Part shown: positions 47,593 through 57,464 of the stretch, piece after piece
Position numbering within the stretch: the stretch's first letter is position 1
Layout: each line of letters starts with the position of its first letter
Origin: an uncultured Candidatus Saccharibacteria bacterium
GTDB taxonomy: Bacteria > Patescibacteriota > Minisyncoccia > Phycocordibacterales > DATDWN01
Reading direction: 5' to 3'
DNA length: 64,000 bases
Assembly: GCA_964551495.1 (NCBI GenBank)
Contig: CAZKCA010000003.1
Location: 4,535 to 68,534, forward strand
Program-made: the position numbers and the translations under genes
The notes under the pieces: generated by a model
Told to the model about the DNA's origin: nothing
Database searches by the model: none
The model's input: the letters and a program-made list of their open reading frames with translations, nothing else

Positions 47593-48190
47593 CGTAGAAA
47601 TCATTAAAAAAGCCAAAGCAAACTCCCAGATATTTGAGGAGCTGTATCGGAAGTATGCCGATAAGGTGTACAACTACTTTTGGTACAGAACCGGTCACCA
47701 GAAAGACGTGGCCGAGGATTTGATGCAGGAAACTTTTTATCGCGCATTCAAGCATCTGTCACGTTTCCAGATACGTGGATACTCGTACCTAACCTATTTG
47801 CTCACGATCGCGCATAATATTCTTGCAAACTACTATCGCTCCAAGAAAATGATTCCTCTTTCAGAGCTCGGGGAGATCGGCGAGGATTTTGATGTTCCAG
47901 CTGAGATTACTGAATCGCTTGAGCGAAAGGACGAAGCACGGGCGCTTTGGCGTGCAATCCAAGACCTCTCCTCCGCGGAGCGTGATGCGCTACTCATGTT
48001 TTATCAAAAAGAAATGCCGATCAAGGATATAAGCCGGGTCATGGCAAGAAGCGAGAACGCGGTAAAGCTCATCCTTTCAAGGGCACGAAAAAAGCTCGCA
48101 CAGCACCCCTATCTGCGGGATATGGTTGGGTTTGCAGATCAGGAGCGAAAGTACACCAAACCTCGATATCTTAAGATGAAAAAAGAATGA
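47579..48190 (+). CDS. sigma-70 family RNA polymerase sigma factor (ECF-like)
   Basis: Region 2 (DLMQETFYRAFKHLSRFQ) and a region 4 HTH (LMFYQKEMPIKDISRVMARSENAVKLILSRARKKL). Confidence 0.7.
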   Translation: MENSDVEIIKKAKANSQIFEELYRKYADKVYNYFWYRTGHQKDVAEDLMQETFYRAFKHLSRFQIRGYSYLTYLLTIAHNILANYYRSKKMIPLSELGEIGEDFDVPAEITESLERKDEARALWRAIQDLSSAERDALLMFYQKEMPIKDISRVMARSENAVKLILSRARKKLAQHPYLRDMVGFADQERKYTKPRYLKMKKE

Positions 48191-48314
48191 CACCTTTTTA
48201 AGATCTGCGTGTTAAATAAGGTGGAAGCAGATAGTGGAGCTTCCATAAAGGTCGAAATTATCAGTCTTAAGGAATAACCCCTAAAGAGTGCGTGGAACTT
48301 AGTCAGGCCTTAAG

Positions 48315-48764
48315 TTGCAGGCACTTGAGAAGGAGGTAAACATACCTATGTCTCGCGAACTCATACCGCGCAACTTCCTAGAGAATATCTGGGATTTCGA
48401 CGATGATCTTCTGTCACTCTTCGATACGCGGTCTACGTCCGGATTATCTTCAGGGCTATCGGTGTCCGAGGATGATAAGCATGTGTATGTAGAAGCATCG
48501 GTTCCCGGCGTTGATCCAGACAAGATCGAAGTATCGTATGACAAGGGTGTTCTCTGGATACGCGGCCAGCAGGAGCAGGAGAAAGGCGGCGATCGCAAGT
48601 ATTACCGCAAAGCTTCGTCTTCGTTCTCCTACCGAATGGCTATTCCAGGGAATGTGGATGAGAACAAAGATCCGGAAGCAACGTACAAGAACGGCATTAT
48701 GAAAGTGACGTTCAACAAAGTTCCGGAACCACAGCCAAGGAAGATTGCAGTGAAAGTCCAGTAA
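48315..48764 (+). CDS. Hsp20/alpha-crystallin small heat-shock protein
   Basis: Alpha-crystallin domain (HVYVEASVPGVDPDKIEVSYDKGVLWIRG...GIMKVTFNKV) preceded by the strong RBS AAGGAGG. Confidence 0.85.
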   Translation: MQALEKEVNIPMSRELIPRNFLENIWDFDDDLLSLFDTRSTSGLSSGLSVSEDDKHVYVEASVPGVDPDKIEVSYDKGVLWIRGQQEQEKGGDRKYYRKASSSFSYRMAIPGNVDENKDPEATYKNGIMKVTFNKVPEPQPRKIAVKVQ

Positions 48765-49194
48765 TCCCTTGCCTTACTAGTTCCGCACCTGTGGGCTTGG
48801 TCGGATATGAAGGCAATCACATTCTTTCCGTCTCTCCTTAAGTGGTTGAAATGGGAAGTGTGGAGACTGAATAAGACTTAGGAAGAGTCGGTGATTTACA
48901 ATTGAATAGTCGGTGTGTTTAGCGCACATAGCGCGAAATAATCCCGGATAACCGGGGTTGAGGCAGAGAGGATCGGGGTTTCTTGTAATCTTCCGCATTA
49001 GGTGTGCAGGTACCGTAGACTTCCTGCAGAAGTTTGGAAGATTCACCCATTCCTCCTGTCCGTCAAAAGAGCCGGGCAAACCAAGAATAATCTTGGGCAC
49101 CCGGATCAGGAGATAACACAATAGCTTACCTCTTGATCCGGATGTATGTCGACATCCGGTCAATTTTCTATTACAATTAATAAAGCAAACGCGT

Positions 49195-51912
49195 ATGGCA
49201 CAGGAACTATGTCAAATCTGCAATGAGCGTCCAGCTACGGTTGAAGTAACTGTCTCTCGCAACGGAAGACAGGAGCTTTTGCGCGTCTGCAATTATGATT
49301 ACCAGAAACTGGTTCGCTCACAACAGTTCCGCTCGCCGATGGAACGCATGTTTGGCGGCGGAAGCCCGTTTGATGATTTCTTCTCCGATTTCGATGACTT
49401 TGGAGGATTCTCTTCACGCATTGGTTACCCGATCCCACGTCATCGGGAAGCTTTGGATATAGATCAGTATCTCTCCTCAAGCACGAAGGAACTCATTCAG
49501 GATGCCGGACAGGCCGCAGTAAAACTCAAGAAAAACGAGGTTGATACCGAACATCTCCTGTATGCGCTTTCCGATAATGATGTCATTAAGGAGATTTTCA
49601 AGCAGTTCAAGATAAACGAAGCTGACATCAAAGGCTATATCGAAAACAATGCGCCGAAAGGTACGCAGGAGTCCAAGAAAGGAGAAACGGTTGAGCTCAC
49701 TATCTCTCCGCGCATCAAGAATGTAATGGAGCTTGCGTTCCGCGCAAGTCAGGAACTCGGCCACGGCTACATCGGACCTGAGCATCTTTTGGCTGGTCTC
49801 GTTGAAGAGGAAGATGGCATGGCCGGTGATCTACTTCGCAAATACGGACTTACCCCCGAAAGTCTCCGTCAGAAAATCGTGAAAGTTGTCGGCAAAGGCG
49901 CGAAGGAAGGCCGGGTGGAGACGCAGTCCACTACTCCAACGCTCGACAAGTATTCACGTGACCTTACAAAGCAAGCTTCTGCTGGCAAACTCGACCCGGT
50001 CATAGGCCGATCTGATGAGATTGAGTCAGCTATCGAAATTCTTTCACGCCGCACTAAGAATAACCCCGTGCTTATTGGTGAACCGGGTGTCGGTAAGACC
50101 GCAATCGTTGAAGGACTTGCACAGCGAATCAACAGCGATGATGTTCCGGAGACGCTTCAAGGCAAGCGTGTCGTCGAACTGAATATAAACTCGCTTGTTG
50201 CCGGTTCTAAGTATCGCGGCGAGTTTGAGGAGCGCATTAAGCAAGTGTTGGATGAGGTTCTGGAAAATAAAGATGAGCTCATCATCTTCATCGACGAGCT
50301 CCACACCATCATGGGAGCCGGTGGTACCGGCGAAGAAGGTGGACTCGATGTGTCACAGGTCATTAAACCGCACCTTGCTCGCGGCGATATGCACCTTATC
50401 GGCGCAACGACGCTCTCTGAGTACCAGAAGCATATCGAAAAGGATGCGGCTCTTGAGCGCAGATTCCAACCGGTGTTTGTTTCTGAACCTACCGTTCCGC
50501 AGACAATTGAGATATTAAGGGGTTTACGAGATCGCTATGAGGCGCATCATAAAGTAAAGATTACGGACGAAGCTATTGTTGCGGCGGCAGAACTTTCCGA
50601 CCGCTACATCACAAACCGCTTCTTGCCGGACAAGGCTATTGATCTTGTCGATCAGGCGGCTTCCCGTGTTCGCATTGGTCTCACGTCCCGGCCGGAAGAA
50701 GTCCGCAAAATGGATCAGGAAATTGATCGCCTCAAGAGAGAGCGAGAATATGCTTCTTCCCACAAACAGCACGATAAGGCTAAGGAGCAGGAGTCCAAGA
50801 TTGAAAAGCTTGAGAAGGAGCGATTCGACAAAGAGTCTGCATGGCGTAAGGAGAAAGGTGTCACGACTGCCGAAGTAACCAAACAGCATATCGCGCAGGT
50901 GATCTCAAAGATTACCGGTGTTCCGGTGCAGGAGCTTACGCAGGAAGAAAAAGAAAAGCTCTTGAAGCTCGAAGAGCGTCTCCATGAGCGCGTCATCGGC
51001 CAAGAAGAAGCTATTACGGCAGTCTCTGATGCAATCCGTCGATCTCGCGCAGGTCTATCAGCACAGAAGCGTCCTATAGCAAACTTGCTGTTCTTGGGCC
51101 CGACTGGTGTTGGTAAGACTGAACTTGCAAAAGCTTTGGCGTGGATCGTGTTTGGCGATGAGGACGCAATGGTTCGCATCGATATGTCCGAGTATATGGA
51201 GCGACACGCCGTCTCCCGATTGATCGGTGCTCCGCCTGGCTATGTTGGCTATGAGGAAGGTGGTCAGCTTACCGAGACTGTTCGCCGTCGCCCGCATCAG
51301 GTGATCCTCCTTGATGAGATTGAGAAGGCTCATCCGGATGTTCATAACATTCTTCTTCAAGTATTCGATGACGGCCGTCTTACAGATGGAAAGGGTCGTG
51401 TTGTTGATTTCACCAATACGGTCATCATTGCTACCTCAAATATCGGATCAAGTATTATCCAAGCCAACTTAACTTCCGAAAAAACAAAATCATACGAGGA
51501 GCTTAAAAAAGAATTGGCTGATGTTCTTCGTGCTCAGTTTAAGCCGGAATTCCTCAATCGCATTGATGAAATTATTGTATTCCATTCCCTTACCAAAGAG
51601 CAGATTCGACTTATTGTTACGTTGCAGCTGGAGCGGGTAAAGCGCACTGCTCGCGGACAAGGCATAGAACTCAATTTCTCGGAAAAAGTAATTAATCATC
51701 TTGCAGATATCGGCTATCAACCTGAGTACGGCGCACGAGAACTCAAACGCAAGATTCAGGGAGAGATTGAAACAGGCCTTGCAAAGGAAATGCTCTCCGG
51801 CCGTATTGTCGAAAGGGATATTGTCTCGGTCGGCTTCGACAAGTCCAAAGTGACGTTCACAAAGGAAGAAACGAAAAAAGAACGTAAGAAAGTACCAACC
51901 CCTAAGAAGTAA
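49195..51912 (+). CDS. ClpB/ClpC-family AAA+ chaperone with an N-terminal Cys-rich extension
   Basis: Two AAA+ modules ([18 protein letters not shown] and [15 protein letters not shown]), a coiled-coil middle region, sensor motifs, and an N-terminal CQICN...VCNYDY stretch. Confidence 0.85.
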   Translation: MAQELCQICNERPATVEVTVSRNGRQELLRVCNYDYQKLVRSQQFRSPMERMFGGGSPFDDFFSDFDDFGGFSSRIGYPIPRHREALDIDQYLSSSTKELIQDAGQAAVKLKKNEVDTEHLLYALSDNDVIKEIFKQFKINEADIKGYIENNAPKGTQESKKGETVELTISPRIKNVMELAFRASQELGHGYIGPEHLLAGLVEEEDGMAGDLLRKYGLTPESLRQKIVKVVGKGAKEGRVETQSTTPTLDKYSRDLTKQASAGKLDPVIGRSDEIESAIEILSRRTKNNPVLIGEPGVGKTAIVEGLAQRINSDDVPETLQGKRVVELNINSLVAGSKYRGEFEERIKQVLDEVLENKDELIIFIDELHTIMGAGGTGEEGGLDVSQVIKPHLARGDMHLIGATTLSEYQKHIEKDAALERRFQPVFVSEPTVPQTIEILRGLRDRYEAHHKVKITDEAIVAAAELSDRYITNRFLPDKAIDLVDQAASRVRIGLTSRPEEVRKMDQEIDRLKREREYASSHKQHDKAKEQESKIEKLEKERFDKESAWRKEKGVTTAEVTKQHIAQVISKITGVPVQELTQEEKEKLLKLEERLHERVIGQEEAITAVSDAIRRSRAGLSAQKRPIANLLFLGPTGVGKTELAKALAWIVFGDEDAMVRIDMSEYMERHAVSRLIGAPPGYVGYEEGGQLTETVRRRPHQVILLDEIEKAHPDVHNILLQVFDDGRLTDGKGRVVDFTNTVIIATSNIGSSIIQANLTSEKTKSYEELKKELADVLRAQFKPEFLNRIDEIIVFHSLTKEQIRLIVTLQLERVKRTARGQGIELNFSEKVINHLADIGYQPEYGARELKRKIQGEIETGLAKEMLSGRIVERDIVSVGFDKSKVTFTKEETKKERKKVPTPKK

Positions 51913-51918
51913 ACTGCC

Positions 51919-53163
51919 ATGTTCAGAGATCTAACAAAAAAAGAAATGCAGAGGCTCTTGTTCGTCGGCGTTGCGTCGGCTTTGATCGCTGTGCTCATTG
52001 CCGGCTCTGGCTTTACGCTTCTCTTGAAGAATAAGCCGGAGGTGCTTGGCATGGCGCTCACAGCGGCGGCTAACAGCCCCTCTGGAGTCTTGGTTGTGTC
52101 TTCAACAGACGACGCGGTCATCAATGCGGTAAAGAAGGCCGACCCAGCAGTCGTTGCGATAACGATATCAAAAAACGTGCCAGTGTATGAACAGTATCTG
52201 GAACGGGTGCCGAGTCCGTGGAGCGACTTCTTTTGGGATGATTTCTTCGGTGGCTTTACCGTACCGCAATTGCGACAAAAAGGTACTGAACTGCGCGAGG
52301 TCGGTGGTGGCTCTGGATTTCTTGTCTCAGCCGACGGCTACATCGTTACTAACCGGCACGTAGTAGCTGACGAAAACGCCGAGTACACGGTCTTCACCAA
52401 TGACGGTAAGAAATACGACGCGAAAGTCATTGCTCGCGATCCTGCGCTTGATCTGGCGATCATAAAAATTAACGGTTCGGGCTTACATTACCTCACGTTC
52501 GGCGATTCAGATAAGCTCCAAGTCGGCCAAACCGTAGTTGCTATTGGCAATGCGCTTGCGGAGTTCAGGAATACCGTATCAGTCGGTATCGTATCCGGTC
52601 TCTCTCGCTCGATAGTTGCCTCCGATGGTCTCGGTCGCAATGCCGAATCTCTGGATCAGCTTATTCAGACAGACGCTGGTATAAATCAGGGTAACTCCGG
52701 TGGACCTCTCTTGAACCTCACCGGAGAGGTTATCGGAGTCAATGTCGCAATGGCAGATGGTGCAGAAAATATCGGATTTGCTCTCTCTGCAAACAGCGTA
52801 AAGAGTATTGTTGAATCGGTTAAGAAAACCGGCAAGATTGTGCGTCCGTATCTTGGAGTACGCTATGTAGAAATTAACGAGGACATTAAGCAAAAGAATC
52901 ATCTTTCCGTTGACTATGGCGTATTTGTTCAGCGAGGAGCAGAAGCCGGAGACTTAGCGGTCATTCCTGGATCTCCTGCGGACAAGGCTGGAATCGTTGA
53001 AAACGACATTATTCTTGAGATCGACGGCATTAAGCTCACAAATGATCAGAGCCTTGCAAGCATCATTCGTACGAAAAAAGTTGGAGATAATATACGGCTT
53101 AAGATTCTAAGCAAAGGTAAAGAAAAAACAGTGGAGGTGGTATTGGAAGAGATGAAGCAATAG
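51919..53163 (+). CDS. HtrA/DegP-family serine protease with a PDZ domain
   Basis: Catalytic triad context including GNSGGPLLN, N-terminal TM anchor, and a C-terminal PDZ domain. Confidence 0.9.
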   Translation: MFRDLTKKEMQRLLFVGVASALIAVLIAGSGFTLLLKNKPEVLGMALTAAANSPSGVLVVSSTDDAVINAVKKADPAVVAITISKNVPVYEQYLERVPSPWSDFFWDDFFGGFTVPQLRQKGTELREVGGGSGFLVSADGYIVTNRHVVADENAEYTVFTNDGKKYDAKVIARDPALDLAIIKINGSGLHYLTFGDSDKLQVGQTVVAIGNALAEFRNTVSVGIVSGLSRSIVASDGLGRNAESLDQLIQTDAGINQGNSGGPLLNLTGEVIGVNVAMADGAENIGFALSANSVKSIVESVKKTGKIVRPYLGVRYVEINEDIKQKNHLSVDYGVFVQRGAEAGDLAVIPGSPADKAGIVENDIILEIDGIKLTNDQSLASIIRTKKVGDNIRLKILSKGKEKTVEVVLEEMKQ

Positions 53164-53276
53164 TACATTGGTACATACAAAAAGAGCGATTACTTCGCTC
53201 TTTTTGTATACAACACAGCTTTGTGGGTCACAGCTCAACGTCGAGCTTGTGGGTTGCCAAAACTAATAAGTTCTCT

Positions 53277-53366
53277 TGGCGGAGGAGGTGAGATTCGAAC
53301 TCACGGTCCCCGTAAAGAGACTCCTGTTTTCAAGACAGGTGCAATCGACCACTCTGCCACTCCTCC
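53277..53366 (-). tRNA. tRNA-Ser (anticodon TGA), CCA encoded. This is the island's integration target.
   Basis: Minus-strand type II tRNA with acceptor GGAGGAG/CTCCTCC, anticodon loop CTTGAAA, a long variable arm, and T-arm GTGAGTTCGAATCTCAC. Its 3' 18 nt are duplicated at 34394-34411. Confidence 0.9.
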
Positions 53367-53371
53367 ATATT

Positions 53372-53587
53372 TTATTTTTCTATTGTTTCAACTCTATAGT
53401 TCTTTGCAATAAAGAATATATAAACTATATCTAATATTGCCAAGCTGTTTATTACAAGTATAGCGATGAACCATTTGTTGTGAGAAAGTCTAGCGGCTTT
53501 CCATAGAGCCACCCCTTTCCATGGTATTGTCCATAGTGCCATAGCTAGTAAAAACCAAGGGTTTGTTGCAAGCATTTCTATTGACAT
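53372..53587 (-). CDS. small membrane protein (hypothetical)
   Basis: 71 aa with two TM helices. Confidence 0.35.
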   Translation of the reverse strand: MSIEMLATNPWFLLAMALWTIPWKGVALWKAARLSHNKWFIAILVINSLAILDIVYIFFIAKNYRVETIEK

Positions 53588-53650
53588 ACAAGCATAATAC
53601 CAAAATTAGCCTTTAATGCAATATTTAAACATTTAATATACAATCTAGTT

Positions 53651-54040
53651 ATGAGATATTTGGGTATAGATTTTGGTAAAAAGAGGGTAGGCCTTTCTTT
53701 TTCAGATGAAGATGGAAAAATAGCTTTTCCTCTACTTGTTTTAGAAAATTCAGAAAAAATTATAGAAGAAATAAAAAAAATTATTTTAGATAAAAAAATA
53801 GACAAAGTGGTGGTGGGGGAGTCTAAAGACTTTAATATGAATGAAAACCCTATAATGGAAGACATAAAAATGTTTTCTGAAAAATTATTACAAAATAAAA
53901 TTTCGGTAGTTTTTCATCCAGAGTTTTTGACTTCCCAAGAGGCAATACAAATACAAGGTAAAAATGATATGTTGGATGCTTCAGCTGCTACAATTATTTT
54001 ACAAAGTTATTTAGATAAACAAAAAAATGATATCAATTGA
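53651..54040 (+). CDS. ruvX: YqgF/RuvX putative pre-16S rRNA nuclease (Holliday junction resolvase-like)
   Basis: MRYLGIDFGKKRVGLSFSDEDG is the YqgF N-terminus. The protein is 129 aa. Confidence 0.8.
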   Translation: MRYLGIDFGKKRVGLSFSDEDGKIAFPLLVLENSEKIIEEIKKIILDKKIDKVVVGESKDFNMNENPIMEDIKMFSEKLLQNKISVVFHPEFLTSQEAIQIQGKNDMLDASAATIILQSYLDKQKNDIN

Positions 54041-54353
54041 TGATTTTCACAAAGTTGAAATAAAAATAGGAGAGATTTTAGAAGCCGAAAAAGTAGAAGG
54101 ATCAGATAAGCTTCTAAAACTATCTGTTGATTTTGGTGAAGAAAAACCAAGACAAATAGTATCTGGAATTTCTATGTATTTTGAAAATCCACAAGATCTT
54201 GTTGGTAAAAAATGTGCTTTCGCTACTAATTTAGAATATAGAGTAATAAAAGGTTTAGAATCTCAAGGTATGATACTTGCTGTATCTGGGGACAATTTCT
54301 TCTCTCTGCTTGAGGTAAATGAAAAGGTTTTGCCAGGAAGTAGTATAAAATAA
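54027..54353 (+). CDS. tRNA-binding protein (CsaA/Trbp111-like OB-fold domain)
   Basis: FHKVEIKIGEILEAEKVEGSDKLLKLSVDFG... is the tRNA-binding EMAP/MetRS-C-like domain. Confidence 0.7.
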   Translation: MISIDDFHKVEIKIGEILEAEKVEGSDKLLKLSVDFGEEKPRQIVSGISMYFENPQDLVGKKCAFATNLEYRVIKGLESQGMILAVSGDNFFSLLEVNEKVLPGSSIK

Positions 54354-54391
54354 ATATACTTATTTGATTTATTTTATTATAATTAATTCAA

Positions 54392-55357
54392 ATGGTATTT
54401 AAAAAATTTTTTGATTTATTGCCTCCACCAAGAATTTTAGATATTCCAAGTTTTTCTATTGCTGTTTCCGATAGAAACATAAGATGTGTTCTTTTGGGTA
54501 AAAATAATGGTAGTTTAGAGTTGGTTAAATATTCTGAGTATCCTATTCCAGAAGGGGTTGTATCAGGCGGACAAATAGATAATACAGATGAATTTTCTAA
54601 GATCCTTAAGAAAATAAAAATAGAATATAAACTGAATTATGTCAGGGTATCTATTTTGGAAGAAAAAGCATATATATTTAAAACCGAAATACCTTTAGTA
54701 AAAAGAAAAGAAATCTGCGATGCTATTGAATTTATTTTGGAAGAAAATGTTCCTGTTCCAGCAAACGAGTTAGTTTTTGACTACGCTGTCGTGGGACAGA
54801 ATAATGAAAATCTAGACGTAGTAGTTGTTGCTTTACCTACTAAAAATGTAGAAAGTTACCTTCAGACTCTTGAGATGGCGGACTTGAAACTTCTATCTCT
54901 AGAGGTTGAGTCTCAATCAATATCTCAGGCTGTAATTTCTCCAAATGACAAGGAAACAAAGATGGTCATTTATTTTAACAAAGAAAAAATGTCTGTTTAT
55001 GTTGTTAGTAAGTCTGTTGTTCACTTTGTTTCTACAAGTTCCATAAGAGGCGAAATAAAAGAAAATATTCCATATATTTCACAAGAGATTAAAAAAATAA
55101 ATTCCTACTGGAGGTCTTTAGAAGACAACACCAAAGATTCAAAAAGGGAAATCACCACGGTTTTGGTTTGCGGGGATTTTGTTTCCGAGGATGTTTTGTC
55201 TCAAATATCTGTTAATACAAAATTGCCAATTGTATTAGCTAATGTTTGGACCAATGTTTATAATTTAGATAAATTTATTCCAAATATAAACTTTGAAAAT
55301 TCGCTTGCTTATGCTCCAGCCATAGGTCTGTCTATACCAAGAGATATTTTGATATAA
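54392..55357 (+). CDS. pilM: type IV pilus assembly protein PilM-like (actin-fold ATPase)
   Basis: 321 aa with an actin-like fold pattern, followed by PilN/PilO-like bitopic proteins. Confidence 0.55.
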   Translation: MVFKKFFDLLPPPRILDIPSFSIAVSDRNIRCVLLGKNNGSLELVKYSEYPIPEGVVSGGQIDNTDEFSKILKKIKIEYKLNYVRVSILEEKAYIFKTEIPLVKRKEICDAIEFILEENVPVPANELVFDYAVVGQNNENLDVVVVALPTKNVESYLQTLEMADLKLLSLEVESQSISQAVISPNDKETKMVIYFNKEKMSVYVVSKSVVHFVSTSSIRGEIKENIPYISQEIKKINSYWRSLEDNTKDSKREITTVLVCGDFVSEDVLSQISVNTKLPIVLANVWTNVYNLDKFIPNINFENSLAYAPAIGLSIPRDILI

Positions 55358-55361
55358 AAAC

Positions 55362-55901
55362 ATGTTTAATTTATTACCAAATCAATCAAAGAAAATCATT
55401 TCAAAAGATTACTTTTTGAGAAGATACTCTGTTGTTTTAGGTGTTGTTATTTTCGTCGAGATTTGGTTAATAGTTTTTCTTTTTCCATCTCTAGTTACAT
55501 CTTATTTTAAAGAAAAAGATTTGTTATATCAGGTTGATTCGGTAAAAGGATCTAATGTTGCCAAAGATGCAGGACTAATATCGGATGTGATTGTTTCTAC
55601 TAATACAAAACTAGGTTTATATGAAAATGAATTTGATTATCCTCAGATAGTTCCAATTATAAAAGATATTTTATCTTATAAAACCCAATCAATATCTTTT
55701 ACTGATTTTATGTATGAGTTTACTGGAACTTCTACCGCTACAATATCTGTTAGGGGACGAGCTTTAACAAGAGAATCTCTGGTCTCTTTTGTTAGAAACA
55801 TAGAAGATTCAAATATTTTTAAGGAAGTAGATTTGCCGGTAAGCAATTTGGCCAAGGATAGAAATATAGATTTTACTGTCAGTCTTTATTTTGAAAATTA
55901 A
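55362..55901 (+). CDS. PilN-like bitopic membrane protein
   Basis: Short cytoplasmic N-terminus, one TM helix, periplasmic domain. Position after pilM. Confidence 0.4.
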   Translation: MFNLLPNQSKKIISKDYFLRRYSVVLGVVIFVEIWLIVFLFPSLVTSYFKEKDLLYQVDSVKGSNVAKDAGLISDVIVSTNTKLGLYENEFDYPQIVPIIKDILSYKTQSISFTDFMYEFTGTSTATISVRGRALTRESLVSFVRNIEDSNIFKEVDLPVSNLAKDRNIDFTVSLYFEN

Positions 55902-56454
55902 AAACATGAACAAGTCTTTTTCAAAAAAAATAATAATAATTTATCTAACAATCATTTTATTGTTGATTGGTGTTTATGTTTTTATTTTTATAAAAATAAA
56001 AGACTATAATAAAAACATAGCTTATCTTGAAAACGAGGTTTTTCTTCAGCAGGATAAACAACAAAAAATGTCTCTTATGGAGGATATGATAGAAGACAAT
56101 AGAGAGTACATAGATTTGATTGAGAATTCTGTCATACCAAAAGGAGGAGATGTTGCTTTTATAGAAACTATAGAAAATTTGGCTTCACAAAATGAATTAG
56201 TAATGACAATACAATCCTTGTCTTTTGAAGATTCCAATACTTTGGATGAAAAAGGGATGACTTTTTTCAAAGTAAGAGCAACCACAAAAGGATCTTGGAC
56301 TAATACTTATTCTTTCTTGGCTCTTTTAGAAGCCTTGCCTTTGTCTATTAAGATAGAGAATCTTGCGTTGATATATTCTTCTACTGAATCAGGTGGCAAC
56401 ATCAGACCAGAATGGCAAATGAGTATAGATATGAAGGTTTTAAAATATAAATAA
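55891..56454 (+). CDS. PilO-like bitopic membrane protein
   Basis: N-terminal TM helix, coiled-coil, and a periplasmic domain. Overlaps the upstream gene. Confidence 0.4.
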   Translation: MKIKNMNKSFSKKIIIIYLTIILLLIGVYVFIFIKIKDYNKNIAYLENEVFLQQDKQQKMSLMEDMIEDNREYIDLIENSVIPKGGDVAFIETIENLASQNELVMTIQSLSFEDSNTLDEKGMTFFKVRATTKGSWTNTYSFLALLEALPLSIKIENLALIYSSTESGGNIRPEWQMSIDMKVLKYK

Positions 56455-56458
56455 AAAT

Positions 56459-56791
56459 ATGTTTGATTTTTTCAAAAAAATAAAATTTTTAAATATAAAT
56501 AACAAAAGAAAACCTGTTTCTTATGAAAAAACCGGTATCAATCCAAAAAAAGATTGGTCAAAAATAATAGTATTAACTTTTGTAGCTTTGGTTTTAGGTG
56601 GTTTTTTAAGTCTTTATTTTTATATTCAAATAGAAAATGGGGCATTATTTAAAACCGATTATGAGACTCCAAATGTAACTTCTCTCAATAAGCAAGCCTT
56701 AGATAGGGTAATAAGTGAAATGGAGGAGAAACAAATCTTGGCTGATTCAATAAATTCTTCAAAATCTTCTCTGGCCGATCCAGCTAGATAA
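56459..56791 (+). CDS. small membrane protein (PilP-like position, hypothetical)
   Basis: One TM helix. It is the last gene of the pilMNO-like operon. Confidence 0.3.
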   Translation: MFDFFKKIKFLNINNKRKPVSYEKTGINPKKDWSKIIVLTFVALVLGGFLSLYFYIQIENGALFKTDYETPNVTSLNKQALDRVISEMEEKQILADSINSSKSSLADPAR

Positions 56792-56831
56792 CTTTTCTGT
56801 TTTTATAAAGTATGTTAATCTATTTTTGTTT

Positions 56832-56903
56832 GCTCTCGTAGTTCAATGGATAGAACAGAGCTCTTCTAAGGCTTTGATGTAGGTTCGATTCCTGCCGAGA
56901 GCA
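56832..56903 (+). tRNA. tRNA-Arg (anticodon TCT)
   Basis: Cloverleaf with acceptor GCTCTCG/CGAGAGC, D-arm GTTCAATGGATAGAAC, anticodon loop CTTCTAA, and T-arm GTAGGTTCGATTCCTGC. Confidence 0.8.
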
Positions 56904-57330
56904 CAATATATTTTCTTTTTTAATAAATAGTGGCAACCTTCATCAGAAGGAGGTTATATGTATATTGAACTGGTTCATGATGGAGTTCTTATTCCAAAAG
57001 TAAGAGGGTGGGATATTTTGGAAAAAATAAAAGATATTAATATCTTAAACAAGAAAGAATTTGAGTCAGTGTTTATAAATAATAACTTTTTTATTGATGA
57101 CTTAAAAATTTGTTTTTCCGATGAACAAATATAGGTCTTGTTTGTTTTTTCCAAACAATATTTTTATCACTCCTTTTTGTCATGACATAAATGATAAAAG
57201 TTGTAGCTATTGTCATTTGTCGGAAATTATAATCCCAATAAATAACTATTGGAGATTGAATGATACCTGGACAGTTAAGGTTTTTATAATAATAATTTAA
57301 AAGTTTACCGATAACGGTAAACTTTTTTTG

Positions 57331-57404
57331 TGCGCGATGAGGGACTTGAACCCCCGACCCTTCGAGTGTAAATCGAGCGCTCTAGCCAACTGAGCTAATC
57401 GCGC
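57331..57404 (-). tRNA. tRNA-Val (anticodon TAC)
   Basis: Minus-strand cloverleaf with acceptor GCGCGAT/ATCGCGC, D-arm GCTCAGTTGGCTAGAGC, anticodon loop TTTACAC, and T-arm GGGGGTTCAAGTCCCTC. Hairpin terminator at about 57300-57328. Confidence 0.8.
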
Positions 57405-57464
57405 GCATATTGAGTATATACTAAAAGTAAATTAATTCAAGATTAATATGTTATATTACTTTAA

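Larger units (their letters stand above)
34394..53296. mobile_element. about 18.9-kb GC-rich genomic island integrated at the 3' end of tRNA-Ser(TGA), bounded by 18-bp direct repeats
   Basis: GCGGAGGAGGTGAGATTC at 34394-34411 is identical to 53279-53296, which is the 3' portion of the intact tRNA-Ser. GC rises from about 30% to 45-65% between the repeats. Cargo includes a large serine recombinase, two DNA methyltransferases, a DGR and a nuclease-like gene. Confidence 0.7.

Noticed and set aside
49235-51360. Multiple 80-150-aa minus- and plus-strand ORFs inside the ClpB-like gene
   Set aside because: Overlapping or antisense frames of a 905-aa AAA+ gene with intact motifs.
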